Below are positions 35,407 through 50,249 of a DNA stretch of 64,000 bases, in pieces (position 1 is the first letter of the stretch; the number at the start of each line of letters is the position of its first letter). A program made the translations under genes and the position numbers. The DNA is from Raillietiella orientalis (lineage: Eukaryota): positions 62,001 through 126,000 of the forward strand of contig JAYWIR010000065.1 of assembly GCA_036172245.1 (NCBI GenBank), in the 5' to 3' direction. The notes beneath the pieces were generated by a model, which was not told where the DNA came from, searched no databases, and was given only the letters and a program-made list of their open reading frames with translations.

Positions 35407-38400
35407 TTCACCAGGGTTTCGCCGGGGCATTTATTAAAAAAATAAACTTTTACAAAGACGTGCTGTGGCTGGACCAGTGATCCAGCCACGCCCGAAGAAA
35501 CACAGAGCCCGCGGGGTCATCGGTTCGCAGACCGGTACGGTCCACCACGTCAGCAGGGAGAAGGGGGGACAAACAAAAATAACTAAACAAAAACAAAAGA
35601 AAACGTGGGAGGATACGGGAAGGGATCACTGCTGCTGCTAGGGCCGTTGCATCCTTCGCAGGATGCCTGCAAGCTCTTTCTGTATTTATGGATCCAGGTG
35701 GGGTCATAGCGTCGTCGTCCTCAGGAATTAAGCAGCGCACTGGATGGCACCCTTATCGCGAGGTCCTCGCGTTGCCTTGCTCCAAGCGGCGCCGATCCCA
35801 CGAAGGCAGCACAGCGCTGCTACCGACGCTGCAGGCCGGAGGGCGTCGGAAACGGAGAGGGCTTTCACTGCGTCCCTGGGGTTGCCGCAGGGGATTACGA
35901 TGGCCGCAAAAAAACGTAGCCAAAGAGTCTGAAGGGCAACATAATCTACAAGGAGGTGGGAAGAGGACTCTCGTTCCCCACACCTGACACAGTTGGTGTT
36001 CACCGCTCCCCAGGTCCAATGGTGTCGGCGGGTGTTTCACTGGAATCCTTACTGAAGCATCAGTAGCGTCGACTCCTGATATTTTAAGAGGAGAGTGGTG
36101 TTCATTAGTACTGGGGGCCACTTCAGATGTTCAATCGGAACATCGAGCAGCGCGCCCCAGCGCAAAAGTCCATGGAGAGGTGTACTCGGGGTCGCAGCGT
36201 CTGTGAGCTGGCTCGTCTTCCACTCTCCTATTTTCTTCTCCTTTCCGGAGATTTCGACTATAACCTCCCACTTCGCCGCAACATCCCTGTCCTGATCTTG
36301 CCTTAGAGGAGCCAGCGCAGCAGCGAGTGGGGTTCTTCCTGACCACGCTCTCCCCTTCGGATCCTCCTTCGGATTTCTCGGAGCGTGCATCTTCTGTAGC
36401 ATCCGAACGAGAATCGTCGTTCCTGTTCGGCGCATTGCATGACACTCTGTGCTCACGTGCGACCGGTTTCCTGCAGCCAGGCACTGCCGCTCGCGGGGCA
36501 ACAGTTGGTGCATCATTGATTCTTCCGTGTCAAGGCAGTCACCATCCGTAGCTGGAGTCCGCAACAGTTGATGCGGCGACGATGGAAGGCAAGAAATGAC
36601 GTGAGTCCCGCTTTGCCGGTGGCTCGCATGACGAAGAGGCATGCAGGGACGCACCAGGACGTGCACCACTATTGCAAAACAAGGGACAACATTCGTAACT
36701 GGAGCTGAAGCTCCAGCCGCTCCAGCGTCAGGAGGCCGAGACCGCCGTCCCTACGCGGAGCGCACTAGTCCTTCAAGCGGACTCAGGCCCTCCTGTTGCC
36801 CCAAAATGCGATACGGAGGAGCTCCTTCTTCCTCTGTTTTCTTCTATCTGTGGGGGGGACAAACAAAAGGCAGGGGAAGGAGGAGAGAAGTCGCGAACTC
36901 ATTCTGAACCGCGGGCCGTTCCTGCAGAATCCTGCCACCTTGGAACGGGCCGAGAGCCTTTTTTACTTTCTGGAAGCAGCGGGACACGCTTCCGCAGGAG
37001 GATAGTCCCCCAATGCCGGCACCCAATGGCACAGCGAGTATTTGAAGTACCTCACCGTGGGGATCCCCAAGCGGACCCAGTCCTGCTGTCCTGCCCACGC
37101 CGCATCAAATGGCATCACGGACGAATTCGCCCGGTTCACCCACAGTCCCGTCCGCGGCTCAGCAGGTCGAAGAACCCCTCGACCACCGAGGCTAGGGTAA
37201 AAATGGGGAGTAGCAACAGAAGGCCGTCCGCGTATGCTGACAAAGCAGGCGTACTGGAATAATCGTGCGGCAGAAGCGCCAGTTTCCCTGCATGCTCTCA
37301 GTACTAAATTGAAGTAGGTACTGAAGAGCAAGGGACTCAGGCTGTCCCTCTGCTGTATCCTACGCCGCACCGGTACGCCGTGCACGGTGTACCCAATGAA
37401 AGAGAAGTTAATGAGCGCGTAACGACAGCTGGAGCGCAGATAAGCAACTAATGAGGTTAATCGGGATTCCAAAACATCAGCAGGGTGGGGCAGTTTGGGT
37501 TTTGTCTTCTTGCCATGGAAACCAGTGTTTGAAGCACACATATACAGTATTGCTTTGTCTACGATTCTTGATGCGATCCAAATTTAATTAGGTTTCTTTC
37601 TTGATCGCAATCTCAAATCACCTCTTTTCCCTATTGCACTCCACTGCAACCCTAAGCTGCCGACATTTGCTCTCAATGGTACGTTCCCGTTAACCGCTGC
37701 AGCACTCAATTCCAACTGCTTCACTTTTGTTGAATTCCATCAGGAATCCAAAATATCAGCAGGGTGAGGCAGTTTGGGTTTTGTCTTCTTGCCATGGAAA
37801 CCAGTGTTGGAAACACACATATACAGTATTGCTTTGTCTGATTGGTTATGGTTTCTCTCTTGATCCCAATCTTTAATCACTCTTTTCCCTCTTGCACTCA
37901 ACTGCAACGCTCCGCTGCCGAATGTAGCACTGAATGGCATATTCCCGTGAACGACTGCAGCACTCTTCATTTGTTCCACCGAGATCACGTGTATCTCCTG
38001 CAGTAGCACAAAGTCGAAGGGCTTGAAGACGGCAGCCATGTCTCTCCTGCCGTCAGGCAACAGGCAATATGCAATCAGTGGCAGAAGGCGGAACTAACCG
38101 GCATTACTGTTGGGAATGTAGCGATGTAGCCCCGCCTCCGGCCCTGGCGGGTCGCCTGAGAGGATTAAGGGTTCTTGGGGTAATGGAAAGAGCCCTTTCC
38201 CTCCCGTTTCTTGTTTGCCGTCAGAGCTCAAGAAGTTCTCTGGTGAACAGTAACGCATTTCTACGGACTTGGCTTCCCCGTCGTAAGCCGGCTCATCCCT
38301 TGAGATTGTCAGCCTCGGTTTCATGAACCTGTGCCCACTTTTCCAACGCGCTGCAGCGACGGAGTTCGCGTTTGCGCCAAAAAGCATCGGAGTCGGATAC

Positions 38401-39590
38401 CTCCGACCCGTTTTGGCTTGTCGGGTGCCCTAATGCTTTCCCGACTACACTGTTAGGACTCTTCAGCATCGCCTCGAGCTCCGTCACCGCTTTCAGAAAT
38501 AACGCGTCATCGCGGCTTTCGCCCTCTCCGCAGACCTCGCTTGATGGTTTTAGAACCGCGAGGCTGACGGGGTTGTTGCACGTAACAACGCCCTTTGACA
38601 TCGTCTCTTTTCACGTGCAAAATCGCTCGAGGGAGACAGGGCACTCCTTGGTTACCTAGCTAGTCCGCGATGATTGTTCGCGTTTGGCGATTTTCTAATT
38701 TCTGCGTTTTCTCCTGGTAACCGTCTTCCTCTCCGTCCGCCTCAGCGATCAATGTATCCGCTGTTCTGGTGGCAGGGATAGCCTTGGGTGCTGGCGGATG
38801 GTCACCTTGCCAAGATTTTTTCTTCCGCGAATTTTCGGTGCTGTTCATAGAGACTGCCTCGCATTTCTCTCTTTTTGGACACGATTGATGTATGTCCCTT
38901 CTCGACATTTGCAGCATAGATGTTGGGACACTATTTCTAATATATGACCCATGGCATTGCAATTGCCAGTATTTAGGTTTGTCCACGTACCAAAGGTTGA
39001 TGCGTTCCCTTCCTGTCTCCAGGTTCCAGGGCAACCCTCCCTGTTCTCGCACGGTGAAACGCGCCGCTGCCAGCCCACCAAAGACCCTTACAAAGGATCG
39101 GAAGCGATTGGGCTTTGCCCATAGCGCGTGCACAGTGCCATATTTTTCAAGCTGTTCTTGCATGACGTCTTTCCTCATCCGCACGGTGATTCCCGTGAGG
39201 TGGACCACTACCGATCGGTCTACTGTGACTGGGAAAAGCTGCCCGCCTCCCATCTTAATCGGAGTTCGCAGCAGCCTGCATCTTTGAGGTGAGTTCGACA
39301 GGTTGCCCCCTGCTGCGAATCGAGAACCCTTCCAGCTCTTCGTTCTTCACATCAAGTCTGCGCAGCTCCTCCTCAAAGAGCGCAGTTTTGTCACTAAAAA
39401 CCTGGGCTGCCTTAAAAAGTAGGCTAGGGTTGTAGCCTATGGCCTCGTAGGCCGCTTCTTCGGCCATGGTAGCCGCCATTGGAACAGCTGAAAGAGCACT
39501 CCAGTCCCTCACCGGTGAGGGAATGGCGATCGATGAGGGCGAAGTGGGGGCCATTTCCATAGGCTTGGAAAGTGACGTCGGCACTTCCCT
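35407..39590 (-). mobile_element. L1/Tx1 element (copy F): ORF1 to 3' end with a large EN-RT deletion
   Basis: ORF1 (VHLTGI..LEKYGTV..INLWYVDKPK, decayed knuckles); EN DFVLLQEIHVIS; RT IQQRDSLSPLLFSTYF, LGIPTVRYFKY; Zn finger CVRCGERESSSHLLVD; 3'UTR with AATAAA. Confidence 0.9.
37463..37965. repeat. Tandem duplication, period about 279 bp, at the deletion breakpoint of copy F
   Basis: CCAAAAYATCAGCAGGGTGRGGCAGTTTGGGTTTTGTCTTCTTGCCATGGAAACCAGTGTT.. occurs at 37469 and 37748. Confidence 0.95.
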
Positions 39591-39849
39591 CTAGCCCTCC
39601 TTAGTGGATGAATCAAGCATTGCTGCCTATGAAGACCACTGGATCACTTCGCACTCACTAGTGAAACGACATATTCCATGAGGAGCTCTACGAAACACGT
39701 CCGCACTCAGCAATAATAGCGTGTACAATGTACAACGTCGGAAATACAGTTCCCATCATCTTGCACTTTCGGTTTCGCTTTTCGGTGTGCATGGAGAAGG
39801 TACTGTCGTCGTTGCCACGGAAGTGAAAGCGGGTTTCACCTCTCTCCGA

Positions 39850-40270
39850 AAGACTAGTGTGCCGATGCAACCGTCCGACGCACCTTGGACATTCCTATGC
39901 TGCTGTTGTTTTTTTGCTTTCTTTATGTTCTTGGAGGTTACAGTCTGCCGTCCACTCCTCTCTACGATCATGCCTCCTCCTCAGCGACTGTCGGAAGGAC
40001 CTTGGATACAGTCGAGGCGTTGCCTCGCCTCGCTCCTGCCTCTGAGATATGCACCCGACTACTGCTATAGAATTCCTGATCCTTCCTTGCGCTTGCCGCG
40101 GACGGACCTCTCCTGTGCTGTTTTGCCTGGAGCCATGCGAGAGCACATCGAACGAACATGGCCCGATTGGCCACAGTGAAGGACTGACTTTTAAGACAAA
40201 GTTTCTTCAGGGCTTTGCGCGCCACAGTGGCCATGCATTTTTTATATCCCTAAATACCACAGGTGAACGG
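39850..40270 (-). mobile_element. L1-type ORF2 post-RT fragment
   Basis: WYLGI, KSQSFTVANRAMFVR (~LSxxGRxxLI), QRQERGEATPRL (~EGGLGxP). Confidence 0.5.
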
Positions 40271-41749
40271 TGATGCTGTTCATTGAAAACTCTGAAATTG
40301 TCCTATCGTGCATGCTCATGTGTGGACGCTATGAACCTCCGCGAAACACCAGATCGTGTTCGTCTTCTATAAAGTGCGTGGTACCGTGGCATGCACTTGC
40401 AATTTCGACTACCAGGATATGCACGAAATAAGACAAAATCTGTAGACACATAAGCAATGAAAGCTTCTTTACTATAAGAGCTTCATAGCTCCACACAATG
40501 GCCAGGTAATCCGTAGATTCAATTCACCCTCCATTCTGTACCTTTATGAGACTTCAAACTGACCGATGTCAGATGAATCTAATGGCAGATGTAGAAAGTA
40601 GACACCAAAGTAGACAAATCCTTAACTGGTTATGAGCAGCCATGTGTTCCTCCTTAAAGAAAGAATTTTCATTGGAACCTGATTGGTTTCCTGAAGAAAC
40701 TTGTAATTATGAGCTCGGACACTACCTTTATAGTGTGTGCTTCCATTATAAATGAAAATTCCCTCGTCTGAAGCTCTTTTCTGGTTGTCATAAACTTACT
40801 AAATCCTTTTTTAGGCAGAGATTTTTAAGAAAACTTTCACACTTTGCCCAATGTAAAAGTGTTCAACACAGGAACTTATAAAGTGATTTTTCTGTTCACT
40901 AATGCAAGGCATGGCTTTTCACGAATTTCAAATGCTCAGTATCCTGCCAATGTATCTTACATCGAGAATACCTCTATGTTGAATCCTTAGTTCAGTTGTT
41001 TTCGTAGTAACTAAATATGTGAATTCTTTAGACACTGTGCTCCTAACTGGCATCAATTTAAGCGATTTTCATCCGAATCAGAGGGAGGATGCTCATCAAA
41101 GAGCTCTTGCACGTATGACTACCTTTCGTGTTTTTTAAGTGCTAAGTGGCTCTCCAGCAAATGAAGAATATTGAAAGATTTCTGGGAAATCAAATAAGAC
41201 ATCCTTTGTAACTAGGAAATGTAATCTGGCCTTTCAAATGGGAAAGAACGACTGGCTGTTGCATTTCTCGTAGATATCATTCCAACCAACAGGACTGAAT
41301 AACTAACGTCTAGGTAACATCCACCTAATCCACTCGCATGCTTTTACGATATCACTGCCATGGAAACAAAGCTTAAATTGTGGGATCTAATCTAAACCAG
41401 CTTCCTAACACTGGACTAGCATCTTTCGCCACACTGCAGTCATTGATTGGATCCGGCATCTACTATATAGGAGGGAGGGCCAAAAACTTAGGGAAGAATG
41501 GAAATTCGGTTCGCAGTATTTACAAAAGTTTAGATGGAACTGCAGTTGTTTTCTACCCCGTTCTGGGCGCAACCAGAGATTGTTCCCTCGAATTTCCCGC
41601 TTGCACTGATTCGGTTTACAGGCTGAGGATTCACTTTGGATTACATTCACGTCACTTTTACCAACGGAATTTTACAAGGCCTGTGACCCCATCTCTACAA
41701 AGCGAGATCACTTAAAGATGTGTGTTCTGTGCTCGCACTGAAAACATCA

Positions 41750-42030
41750 AGCCCTCAGTATTTTGCTCTAAAATGAGCCTTGCAAAGTGCAAAAACAGGA
41801 ACAGACTCACAAACGAAATACCTCACAACCGACCCCGCACTGCCCATCCAAAATCATTCCAGATCCAGCCTGATGTAAACGAGAGGAGCAAGTGCAGAAA
41901 TCTCATTAAGATGCGTTTCCAGCCAGCTATAGACAATCAACTCATAAAAAATAAGGCTTTACATGATTTTGCTGCATCGGTTCCAGAGGCATGTGCATCA
42001 CAAGAAGGAAGAGCAAAGGCATAAACATGA
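41750..42030 (-). pseudogene. Possible MFS transporter C-terminal relic
   Basis: Hydrophobic frame with stops: ..LLSFTSGWIWNDFGWAV..GISFVSLFLF (~GxLxDxxGW). Confidence 0.25.
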
Positions 42031-45000
42031 TGAATATAGAATACATTTAAATTGTTTTACTGCTCCATTGAATATTTGTGCAACCATAAAAAAGTTAACT
42101 TTTTTTCAACCTGAATAGAAATAATATATTCATTTTATTTGACAAAGGCAAATTGTGAATCACAGTATTTACCAAATCTCGAAACATGCAAATAAAGAAA
42201 ATCTACAATGATCCAATCAAGAAACAACTGAAACTCCAAGCCGTTACTTTAGAGTTCTAGTTTTTGAGCCAACCCTTTATAATTATTTTGTTTACTGTTT
42301 AACGAGCGTGAACGCTGGTTAATAGAAGAGACTTCTTTTCATATCTCTTTTATTTATTTTCCTTTGAGTCCATCCTAGCACTGATAACAAGAATAAAATG
42401 GCTCACCTAATAACTGGACCAATGAAATGCGAAAGCAGAATGCATTAAATTAACTTCCACGCATTGGGAAACTGGTATTTTCTGTGTGCAAAACTGGTGC
42501 GGAGAGCACTTTCCAGACGCCACCTCGACCAGATCTCTCCCACCACTGCTTCAAGATGAGATTTTCCGAACAAATCACTTTCAGGAAACGGCCACCGCCT
42601 GCTTTCACACGAGTTGGTGAGAGCAAGAAGCAGAGGCGATTGCACCTTGATTGTCTGGAACACAAACCAACGAAACCTTGGCATATGCTTCTGTCTTCCT
42701 GAAGAATTTGTATGTACCACAGAAAGGCGCATTCCACTGAGTAATTTTAAAAGCAAAGAGAACGCAGCTAAGAAGTTTCGAAAGAAACTTTTTTCCTGTT
42801 TTAAGTTTATCTGGATTCGTTATCTCCCTTGCACATTTAGTAGTTTTCCATCAAAATCATGAAATATGGACAGCAGAGAGAATGCCTCCTAACATTTTAT
42901 AATCTAGTTAACTAAACATGTACCAAACTGTTACTCATACAGTTAGACTTAAAGGATCTAAAATCATGATGCTCTGCTGGGATTAACGGTTTTAAATTCC
43001 AAGCCAGCATCTCATTGTTTTTTAGTGCAAGTTCTCTGTTTACGTTTTCTTGAGATTGATGATTCCTTATGTACACCAAAAATTTTCTTCCTTCATTATC
43101 CAATAACCGCTGCTGTACAGAATGCGAAGAAAACCTAATGGGGAATCACTTGATAAGAAACCTTCAGATCCACGCCGTACGAAATAACGTTGAGGGGAAA
43201 CTGCATTAAAAAAAAACGTGTTCATGACAAGAACCAAATCAATAACTTTCGGAATAGAGTTATTATTTTAGAAAAAATTACAGGATATCAGTATCCCTAA
43301 TTTTTCCCTGTGATCATAAATGAGTTTCCAGAAATACTGTCTCCCATGGGAAATTCTACCCAATAAGTACTTCATGTGAAATTCATGCTTAACCTTGACT
43401 GTAATCCAGCATACTACCGAGGTGGATGCTATCAAATGTAAATCAGTATGTGAAGCGAGCACATGTTACATATTTATTATGTAACCACTCTAATAACAGC
43501 CAGTTTTGTTACTCAATATCCTTACTCTGCTGACAAACAAGGCTATTTTGAAAATACATAGACTAACAAATGTTGCATCACTACACATACAAGTAAGAAT
43601 AACGTGAAAACAAGTGCTCACCGAATTGTACAGAAATATTCCTTGCCCTTAAATCTTTCACATATTCTTATTGAAATATTATGTGCTGATCTGTAACACA
43701 GAAAATTAAAATAGACCCATTTTGCTGCTTATTAGTTTTCGTGTTGTTTAATCATATGCTTCTCCTGCTGGAGAATGTTCATACTTTAACCAAATGGAAT
43801 AGTTAATCTAATGTACAGAGTAGAAGTGCTGAAATATAATAAATCTAGGGTTCAAATAATTCAATGTTTAGATTTCTGAGTGGAGTTCGCAAGGTGGCAC
43901 GATGTTGCAGCTTGAGAATGGTGGATGATGATCACAACTAGTGTAAAAAGCATACAGCTGTAATTTGGAATCCGACATTCAACAGCATAACATTTGATCA
44001 CTTCTTGTTTATGACTCAGGAAAGCCACGAAGAGCACTTCGTTAAAATAATTCAATGCTGTGACCTGAAGATGAATATTCAATGATGAAATGAGCAAAAC
44101 TCCCAAAGGTAATGGGCAGGCATTAGCAGCAATGTCCATTCCAATGATGGACATCCAGGTGTGGGAATGTGATTGTAAATACAAGTGTGCACAAACATAA
44201 GAGGAAATGGAGATTCAATTAAAATCTCGGTATAATAAAAGTTGATGCAAATAAAGGTGAATTTTGAAAATTGAAAAGTTTCTAAATAGCAAATGGGAAG
44301 TTTTCATTAATCTTGGGGCAAAATGAACTGCATGGGATTACATCGCCTTATTATGGAATGATGACTGAGATGTGAATACATCCTTTTCAAACTTCAAAAC
44401 TAATGAAAAGATGGAGCCATTCCAAATATTATTGATAGCAATTATCCAACAAGAAAAACAAAAAAGAAAATCTACAAGCTGGCTTACACATTACTTGGTT
44501 TGTCTCAATCTGAATAAAATCTGAGTTCAGTCACAAATTATCTTGATTTTAAATAAATGAATTATGATAACTTAATGTCATGGTCCATCTTACTTAAATA
44601 TGGAACAAATTTCAAGTAACAAAAAACTACCCCTGCAGCTTCCAGCTGAATGTTTAATAGCTTTACATATTAGAAAATTTATCAAGAAAGATTAACCAAA
44701 GATGACTAACAATATTGACGATGACTAACTTCTATTTATGGTTAAAATTCAACAGCCTTAAGAAAACTCCTTAAGAAAGACTCTTGGATAAAAGAACTGG
44801 ACAATTCTCATATTAACTATTCCTCATGTGTTCAAAAGTCTAGTTTTCTGAGTCATATAGAGGATATCATAAGAACTTATGCATTTGTAGCCTGCAACAG
44901 TGGTAAACAGTATAACTACTGATCTATGAAAGAAACATCTTTATAATGTGAGCTTTTTGTCATTGATCACGTGAACAAATAATCTATTTCTGGAGGACAA

Positions 45001-45329
45001 CTCTCCAACAAATCAGTAGACCCCATACCTAAGGAAAGAAACAGAACTACTAATGCAATTAATGGCATTGGTAGTTTTGTTTCCAATCTGACTTGCTGAC
45101 TTTTGTTGAATGATCACATTTTGGAAATAATGGACTCAAAAAAAAAGAATAGTGAAACATTTTAAAGCAATATTCCCTTCTGTACCCATAGTCTACATAG
45201 GAACTTAATCCTACACAGTTGTTCAGCAAATACTCTTTGATACAAGAGCTGATGTTGATTTCTGGGAATTGTAAATGTTGATTTCTTAGACTGAGTTCTC
45301 TGATGAAAACTCATTCCTTGTTATGGTAA

Positions 45330-48150
45330 TAACATTGGGAAACTTTCCACCTTTGAGTTTTCAAGGTTCTGTGTGAACATGTACAATGGGTACATAGCAC
45401 AAAGGTTGCTTCTAGAATCACTAATTTCTGTAAATTGCATGAAAACTTTATTTTCACATTTGCATACAGGCATTTAATGACTTTCTTACACTTGAATCTC
45501 CATTTCTTTTGTCTAATCAGCAATCAGAGCTTTAAAACCATTTAATTCATTCATACTTATTATTTACAAAAGGCATTATATTTAACAGAAAAATTCTGTG
45601 ACGCACTACATTCAAACATGAAAACCAACTTTCCTCTTTACTCTAAAATACTAAAGCAACTACTTACCCCATGACCATGCACGAATAGCCACTCTCTGTA
45701 CTGGGATGATGACATATATAACTAGTTTGAAATTTGAAGTGACATATGAGCAGTCACCCAAATCTTGATTACCTAAATGCATTTAAAATATGGAACTGCA
45801 AATTGGTGTATTCCCAATGTCTTGTTGATTTGCATGAATTAAGTCTCTGAGGTCATTAAAGTTTCCTTTTTGTCAGCACAAAACAAACAAAATGCAATTA
45901 GAAATTTATCTACAAGAAATCTGGCGCATGCATAGCCTACACTAATATGTTCATCAATCATATCTCCTCTTTAATCATTTAAAATAATACACACAATTGA
46001 GGTAGAATACATGCACACTGAGATAACATGACTTCACACTTCTTATGGATCTTATCTCCGCATTCATAAGTTGGCTGTTTTTTTTATTAATCCAGCACTG
46101 TAATGCATGTTTCGTGGGTTTAACTTTAGGCAAATTCAATTTCAAGTTGCAAAACACGTGCAACTGAAATGTACTTAACTTGAAAGCCTTCAAGATTTTT
46201 ACAAAGAACAAGGATAAAACTTTTCCGTTCCTGTAACCACTTTGTTTCAGCCTAACATATGGTCCTCTGTTTGCATGACCACACTGCAAGATTTGGCGCC
46301 CTACTCATAGATAACTCAAAATGGTTCAAGAGTATTTTCCATCTTATACCAGTAGTTTAGGAAGCGCAAGTTATTTTTTCTTCAATATATCAAGACTTTG
46401 GGCTTCAGTTGATTTAATGAGACATCAACAATTTGACATCTATTCCAGGAAAAAACTCTTATGCATTTTTTCAAGTTTATGCTTTATGTTATGAGATTGT
46501 TTATCTTACATTTGTTTATCTTTGTCTCTGTAGTCGTTTCCTCTTTGCTTCTAACTGAAATGGAAATCAAACATACTCCCATAGATGATTAGCTTTCAAA
46601 TGTTCCAAACGCCTTTTTTCCATTGTGCTATATTTGCAGGTTTCTACTGATCCCATACAATTCGATCAGGGGCTCGTTTAAAGGTGATTAGAGTCAATAG
46701 GCGTAGGTGCAACGAGAAACAGAATTGAGAAATAAACAGTGTTAAGGTTCGATTTGCTTCGATTTTTCCAATTTGTGTTGCTGTATTTTGCAAAAAAAAA
46801 ATACCCATAAGCATGAAGTCATGTGTTCGCCATTTAATTATTGATAATATGAACATGTAACTTAGGATAGGATCATATTGATGGCATCCCTGGTTTGTGA
46901 ATTTATAGCTTGTAAATACATCCTCTTCAATATGTATGAATTTTGAATTTGCAAAAATCATGTTGTGAAACGATTGTATTCTTGAGGTTTTATTTTTTCT
47001 AAAATGGGACAGCATTCTTTGATTTTTCAGCCACATTTATGGTGAATTGCACCAAATACTTTAATTATCTTGTGAATTTTTATCTTTCAATCTGAGCCGA
47101 TTCGTAATAATGAAGCTGTGTCGATCCCTGCCCTAAAAAAAAAAAAAATCAAATGTCTGTTGAATGTTTTCACTCACTCACAAAGCCTTACGAAGCAGCT
47201 TTTTTTCTTTATCATGCTCTCTAGTTTTTCCAATTATTCATACCATTCAGTTGTGAAAAATCAGATCCAAGCTACCTCGTCCTTTAGTTCACAAGGGTTT
47301 GAAATTTACTGTAATCACAAAAGCTTTTCTTAAAAACTTTGGTTAAAATATTGGATACAAAGAGACTGATCTGAAGGAGTCTTCGAATCCAAACTATCTG
47401 ATTGCTTTTTCCTTCAACCTCTAATCGTAAGCAATCAGCCCTGAGATTTGATTTTCTCTAGCAAAATCGAAGCAGTTTGAGCACGCTTACCAGTGTCCTT
47501 ATTGCAATGAGAATGGCTGTCTGCAACTTCAACTGCTTTTCGAATCCTTTATGAATTGACTCAGGTATTTTGCAAAATGATTTCCTCAAAATTTATCTGT
47601 ATCGAATGTTATTTGCATTAAATCCTTTACATGTGGTTCTTGATTCTGAATAAATGAAGATCTTGTCCATCTAAACTCGTATCTGCTGAATTTTAGCCAG
47701 GAAACATATAATGCATAAAGTTTTCTAAGTTTTTCTCTTTTGATACAATAATTTGTTTCGCTGTGTAACAAACATTCTTCCTATAGGACACTATTGCATC
47801 TTTGTCAATATCAGTTTATAAGTTGAAGTCATTAAATGCCGATACACTCCATAAACTAATTTGCTTTATAAATTCATGCTTGCTTTCCTCCTCCAAATTC
47901 AAAGGAAAATTCAAAGGCCTCTCGATGTATTCCAAATACTCAGCAGAAACATCACACTTGATACCACCATGGGGAAGATCCATTCGTATTTACCGATAAA
48001 CCGCTAACTGATTATTAGACCTCCACTCAAGCACCATTGCTGCTGAAGTTGTTTCAATAGTAAGTATTAGCATGTACCAAACAACAAGGATCATCTTTTT
48101 GTAAGATTAGCGGAAAGTGTTGTGAATATTTCGAAGGATGATGCCTGATA
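45330..48150 (-). mobile_element. AT-rich L1 ORF2 relic (distinct, old family)
   Basis: NDFN (EN), ENIQQTFD, IKVFGAIHH (~KAFDxxxH), QGCHQYDPILSYMFIL (~GxRQGDPLSPxLF), EANRTLTLFI (~YADD), and a decayed Cys-rich C-terminus at about 45400. Confidence 0.6.
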
Positions 48151-48749
48151 GTATCGCAAATTCAGTGGTTGTTAGATGGCCCCAAGAATCACATGAATGA
48201 CTGCGTGGTTTTTATGGAAATCCAGAGAACTAGTGCAGTATACTTGTATGAACACTAACTTCAATATCTGAATTATATTAAAATTCCTCTAGATCTGAGA
48301 ATAGCTAGCAAAGAGCTGAAGCTGATAAGATGCAAACTTGGGGGGAATATAGAATAATGTAAAAAAACATATTTAAAATAATTGGTATTGCCATTGTGAT
48401 TTTGCATTACATAAAAGAATTGGTATTGTTATTGTGATTCTGCTTTTGGAATAGATAAAAAGACATCATTTACCATTGTGAACCTCCTAAAATAGTCTGC
48501 AAGAATTCTCTGGAGTATTTCGTGTGGATGTGTGATCTTTATTGGAGATGCACATCTGCTCACACTGCAGATGAATAAACAAAATACTTCGAAAGGTCAT
48601 GTAATCTGCACCAGTTATGGCTATGAATAGATGTCATTGAGTCCAAGGTGAACTGATTACATGAAGTATCGTTAGTAAATCAATTATGGTTTCTTTCGGT
48701 TTCAGAGATTTGGTATCTTGAGCTCACATGTTTTTACTTTTATCCATAG

Positions 48750-49950
48750 CAACATCATCCACATCTACCGGGGTTCGTTTAAAGGGTTCGAGATTACATA
48801 CGGAAACACGAAGGAGGAAAGAATCCGTTTATTGATTTGATGAGACATGAAATTCTTCAACGGACTCAACGATACATTAGACAGTCACAGGAAGGCAAAT
48901 CTTATTAACCTTCCTGCGACTGTGTCATGGTCATGTGCTTTAAGTGAACAGAATATAAGGTGGATAACGTCATTCCGCATCACTAACGCAGATTCAATAA
49001 GCTACAAAAATTCCGAGCATTTTTAGTAGCAATTTCCTAATCACTTATTGCCTCGTTGGAATAACTATTTTGCGAGTGCCCTGCATTGACAGGAATTCAT
49101 TCCTGCTCTTGAAACTTACATCTTATAAATTGAAGGATGCGCAAATGAGCATGGTTTGAAGTTGAAGCAGAGTCCATCCGAAGTAGGTTCCCATCAGAGT
49201 CGCTTATTGAAATTTGGCAGTCGCAAAAGAGAAAATTATCATTTTGTGTTCTCAAGTTCCTTCTCCTTTGTCGAAAAAAAGAGTTTAGGAAATAAAAAAG
49301 GATTTTGGATATTTGTCCATCAAAGCAAACTGCCACTGAAAGGATTAAGAATAGCCTTCCAGTTTCCAGAAAATTTATTTAGTTAGTTGCCAATTTATTT
49401 TTTGCTTAAGGAAGTGGATGGTAACTCAGTTGCTCGTGGTTATGAACTCTGCACTCAGCATGTGCTGAAAGTCATAAGACTTTTCCAGGCACGAAAAAAA
49501 AAAAAAATGATGCTATTATATGAACTAAAAAATATGCTCATACTTGTTTATTACTTGGATATCGTAACTGAATATTAGTTAGATAACTGTTGCAAAAGCC
49601 AACAATTTTTGTTTTATTTTCGTTTCACTTGAGAATGAATTACTCAAAAGAACGTTCACTCGTTTTTTTTTTGCTTTCTCAATGCAAGATATGCGGGCGT
49701 TTGGGGTTTCCAGTTGGTCACTTTCTTAAGCCGTCAACTCATGAAATTAATGCTGAGTATCCCTATGAGATTTCAAGACTGTACATCGAGAACAAATTAT
49801 CAGCTGGATCCTTTGAAGCAAGCATAAAACTGAAACAAAATGAGCAAATTCTTCCGAAATTCGGAATTATTGATTACCATTAGGACTTTTTTTTTTTTTT
49901 TTTTGAACAGGCTCTCCATTGTATGCAAAAAACGTATGTTTGTGGATAAT
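48750..49950 (+). mobile_element. Degenerate piggyBac transposase relic
   Basis: EILQRTQRY (~TNRYA), NKLQKFRAFL (~DKLxKIRP), CIDR (~IDE), ENLFS*LPIYFLLKEVDG..ARG (~DNYFTSxxL..GT), IIDYH (~DYN). Confidence 0.6.
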
Positions 49951-50249
49951 TCGGAAATGATCTGAGCATTTCAATTCTGTCTATCTTCGGCGCTTATTCT
50001 ATGAGCCGAGGTAAGCTGGGATCATATATGCAAACAAGGGAATTCAAGTTTTAGCTGGATAATAAACTGGGTGACGATTGAATTTCAGAGTACATCTTTT
50101 TGATGCAGTGCAGCCACCATTCCATGGTTCTTCAGATTGAAATAAGAGGGCTGCAGATTATTTTCATTAGTGCAATGTTGCGTCAGCTTCTTGTGAAGGT
50201 GGCACTTGCTGTTTCATCATAATGGTTCTTGACTGTTCCTTGTTTCTTT

